From contig JAUYBI010000041.1 of the NCBI GenBank assembly GCA_030693145.1, forward strand, positions 10,228-74,227: a stretch of 64,000 nucleotides of DNA. The letters run 5' to 3'. Of the stretch, positions 1 to 64,000 are shown in pieces. The notes below the pieces were generated by a model. That model made no database searches, was not told the origin of the DNA, and saw only the letters and a list, made by a program, of their open reading frames with translations. Position numbers and translations under genes: made by a program. The number at the start of each line of letters is the position of its first letter. Positions within the stretch are counted from its first letter, which is position 1. Source of the stretch: Candidatus Omnitrophota bacterium. Lineage in GTDB: Bacteria; Omnitrophota; Gorgyraeia; Gygaellales; Profunditerraquicolaceae.

Positions 1-2
1 AT

Positions 3-64000
<63,998 letters not shown>

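Overview
The whole 64,000-nt window appears to be an internal piece of one giant plus-strand ORF in frame 3 (codons start at coordinates divisible by 3). That is at least 21,332 codons, with neither start nor stop in the window. Evidence: I found no stop in the stretches I translated base by base. All 52 copies of a recurring in-frame DGG motif (1947 to 63576) share this phase. The supplied ORF track lists no frame-3 ORF, as expected for a frame open at both edges. The ORF is a mosaic of complete, normally free-standing proteins fused head to tail. They include radical SAM, DegT aminotransferase, GHMP kinase, APS kinase, two PHP modules, CofD/YvcK, PMM/PGM, three glucose-6-P isomerases, shikimate-DH-like, 6PGDH-like, 6-phosphogluconolactonase, hexokinase, ROK-type kinases, His-phosphatase, NagA, HPS, PHI and a nitrilase-type hydrolase. 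There are also several methyltransferases, HAD/2H/DUF89 phosphoesterases, three HExGH metalloprotease-like modules, membrane and HEAT-like modules, and many unknowns. Modules are punctuated by Asp-Gly-Gly, in 29 of 52 cases the exact octamer GACGGCGG, in otherwise AT-rich DNA. Between 44.2 and 51.9 kb, five small toxin-antitoxin-type cassettes lie on the minus strand: DUF5647-like, HicB plus an internally deleted HicA, DUF2283 plus a DUF4258 pseudogene, HicB-HicA, and DUF433-DUF5615. Each has its own sigma70-like promoter with a 17-nt spacer, and each lies within a single DGG-bounded module. None interrupts the plus-strand frame, and their codon usage shows the imprint of that constraint. I recognised no rRNA, tRNA, CRISPR array or transposase. 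All family names come from motif recognition by eye; no database search was run.
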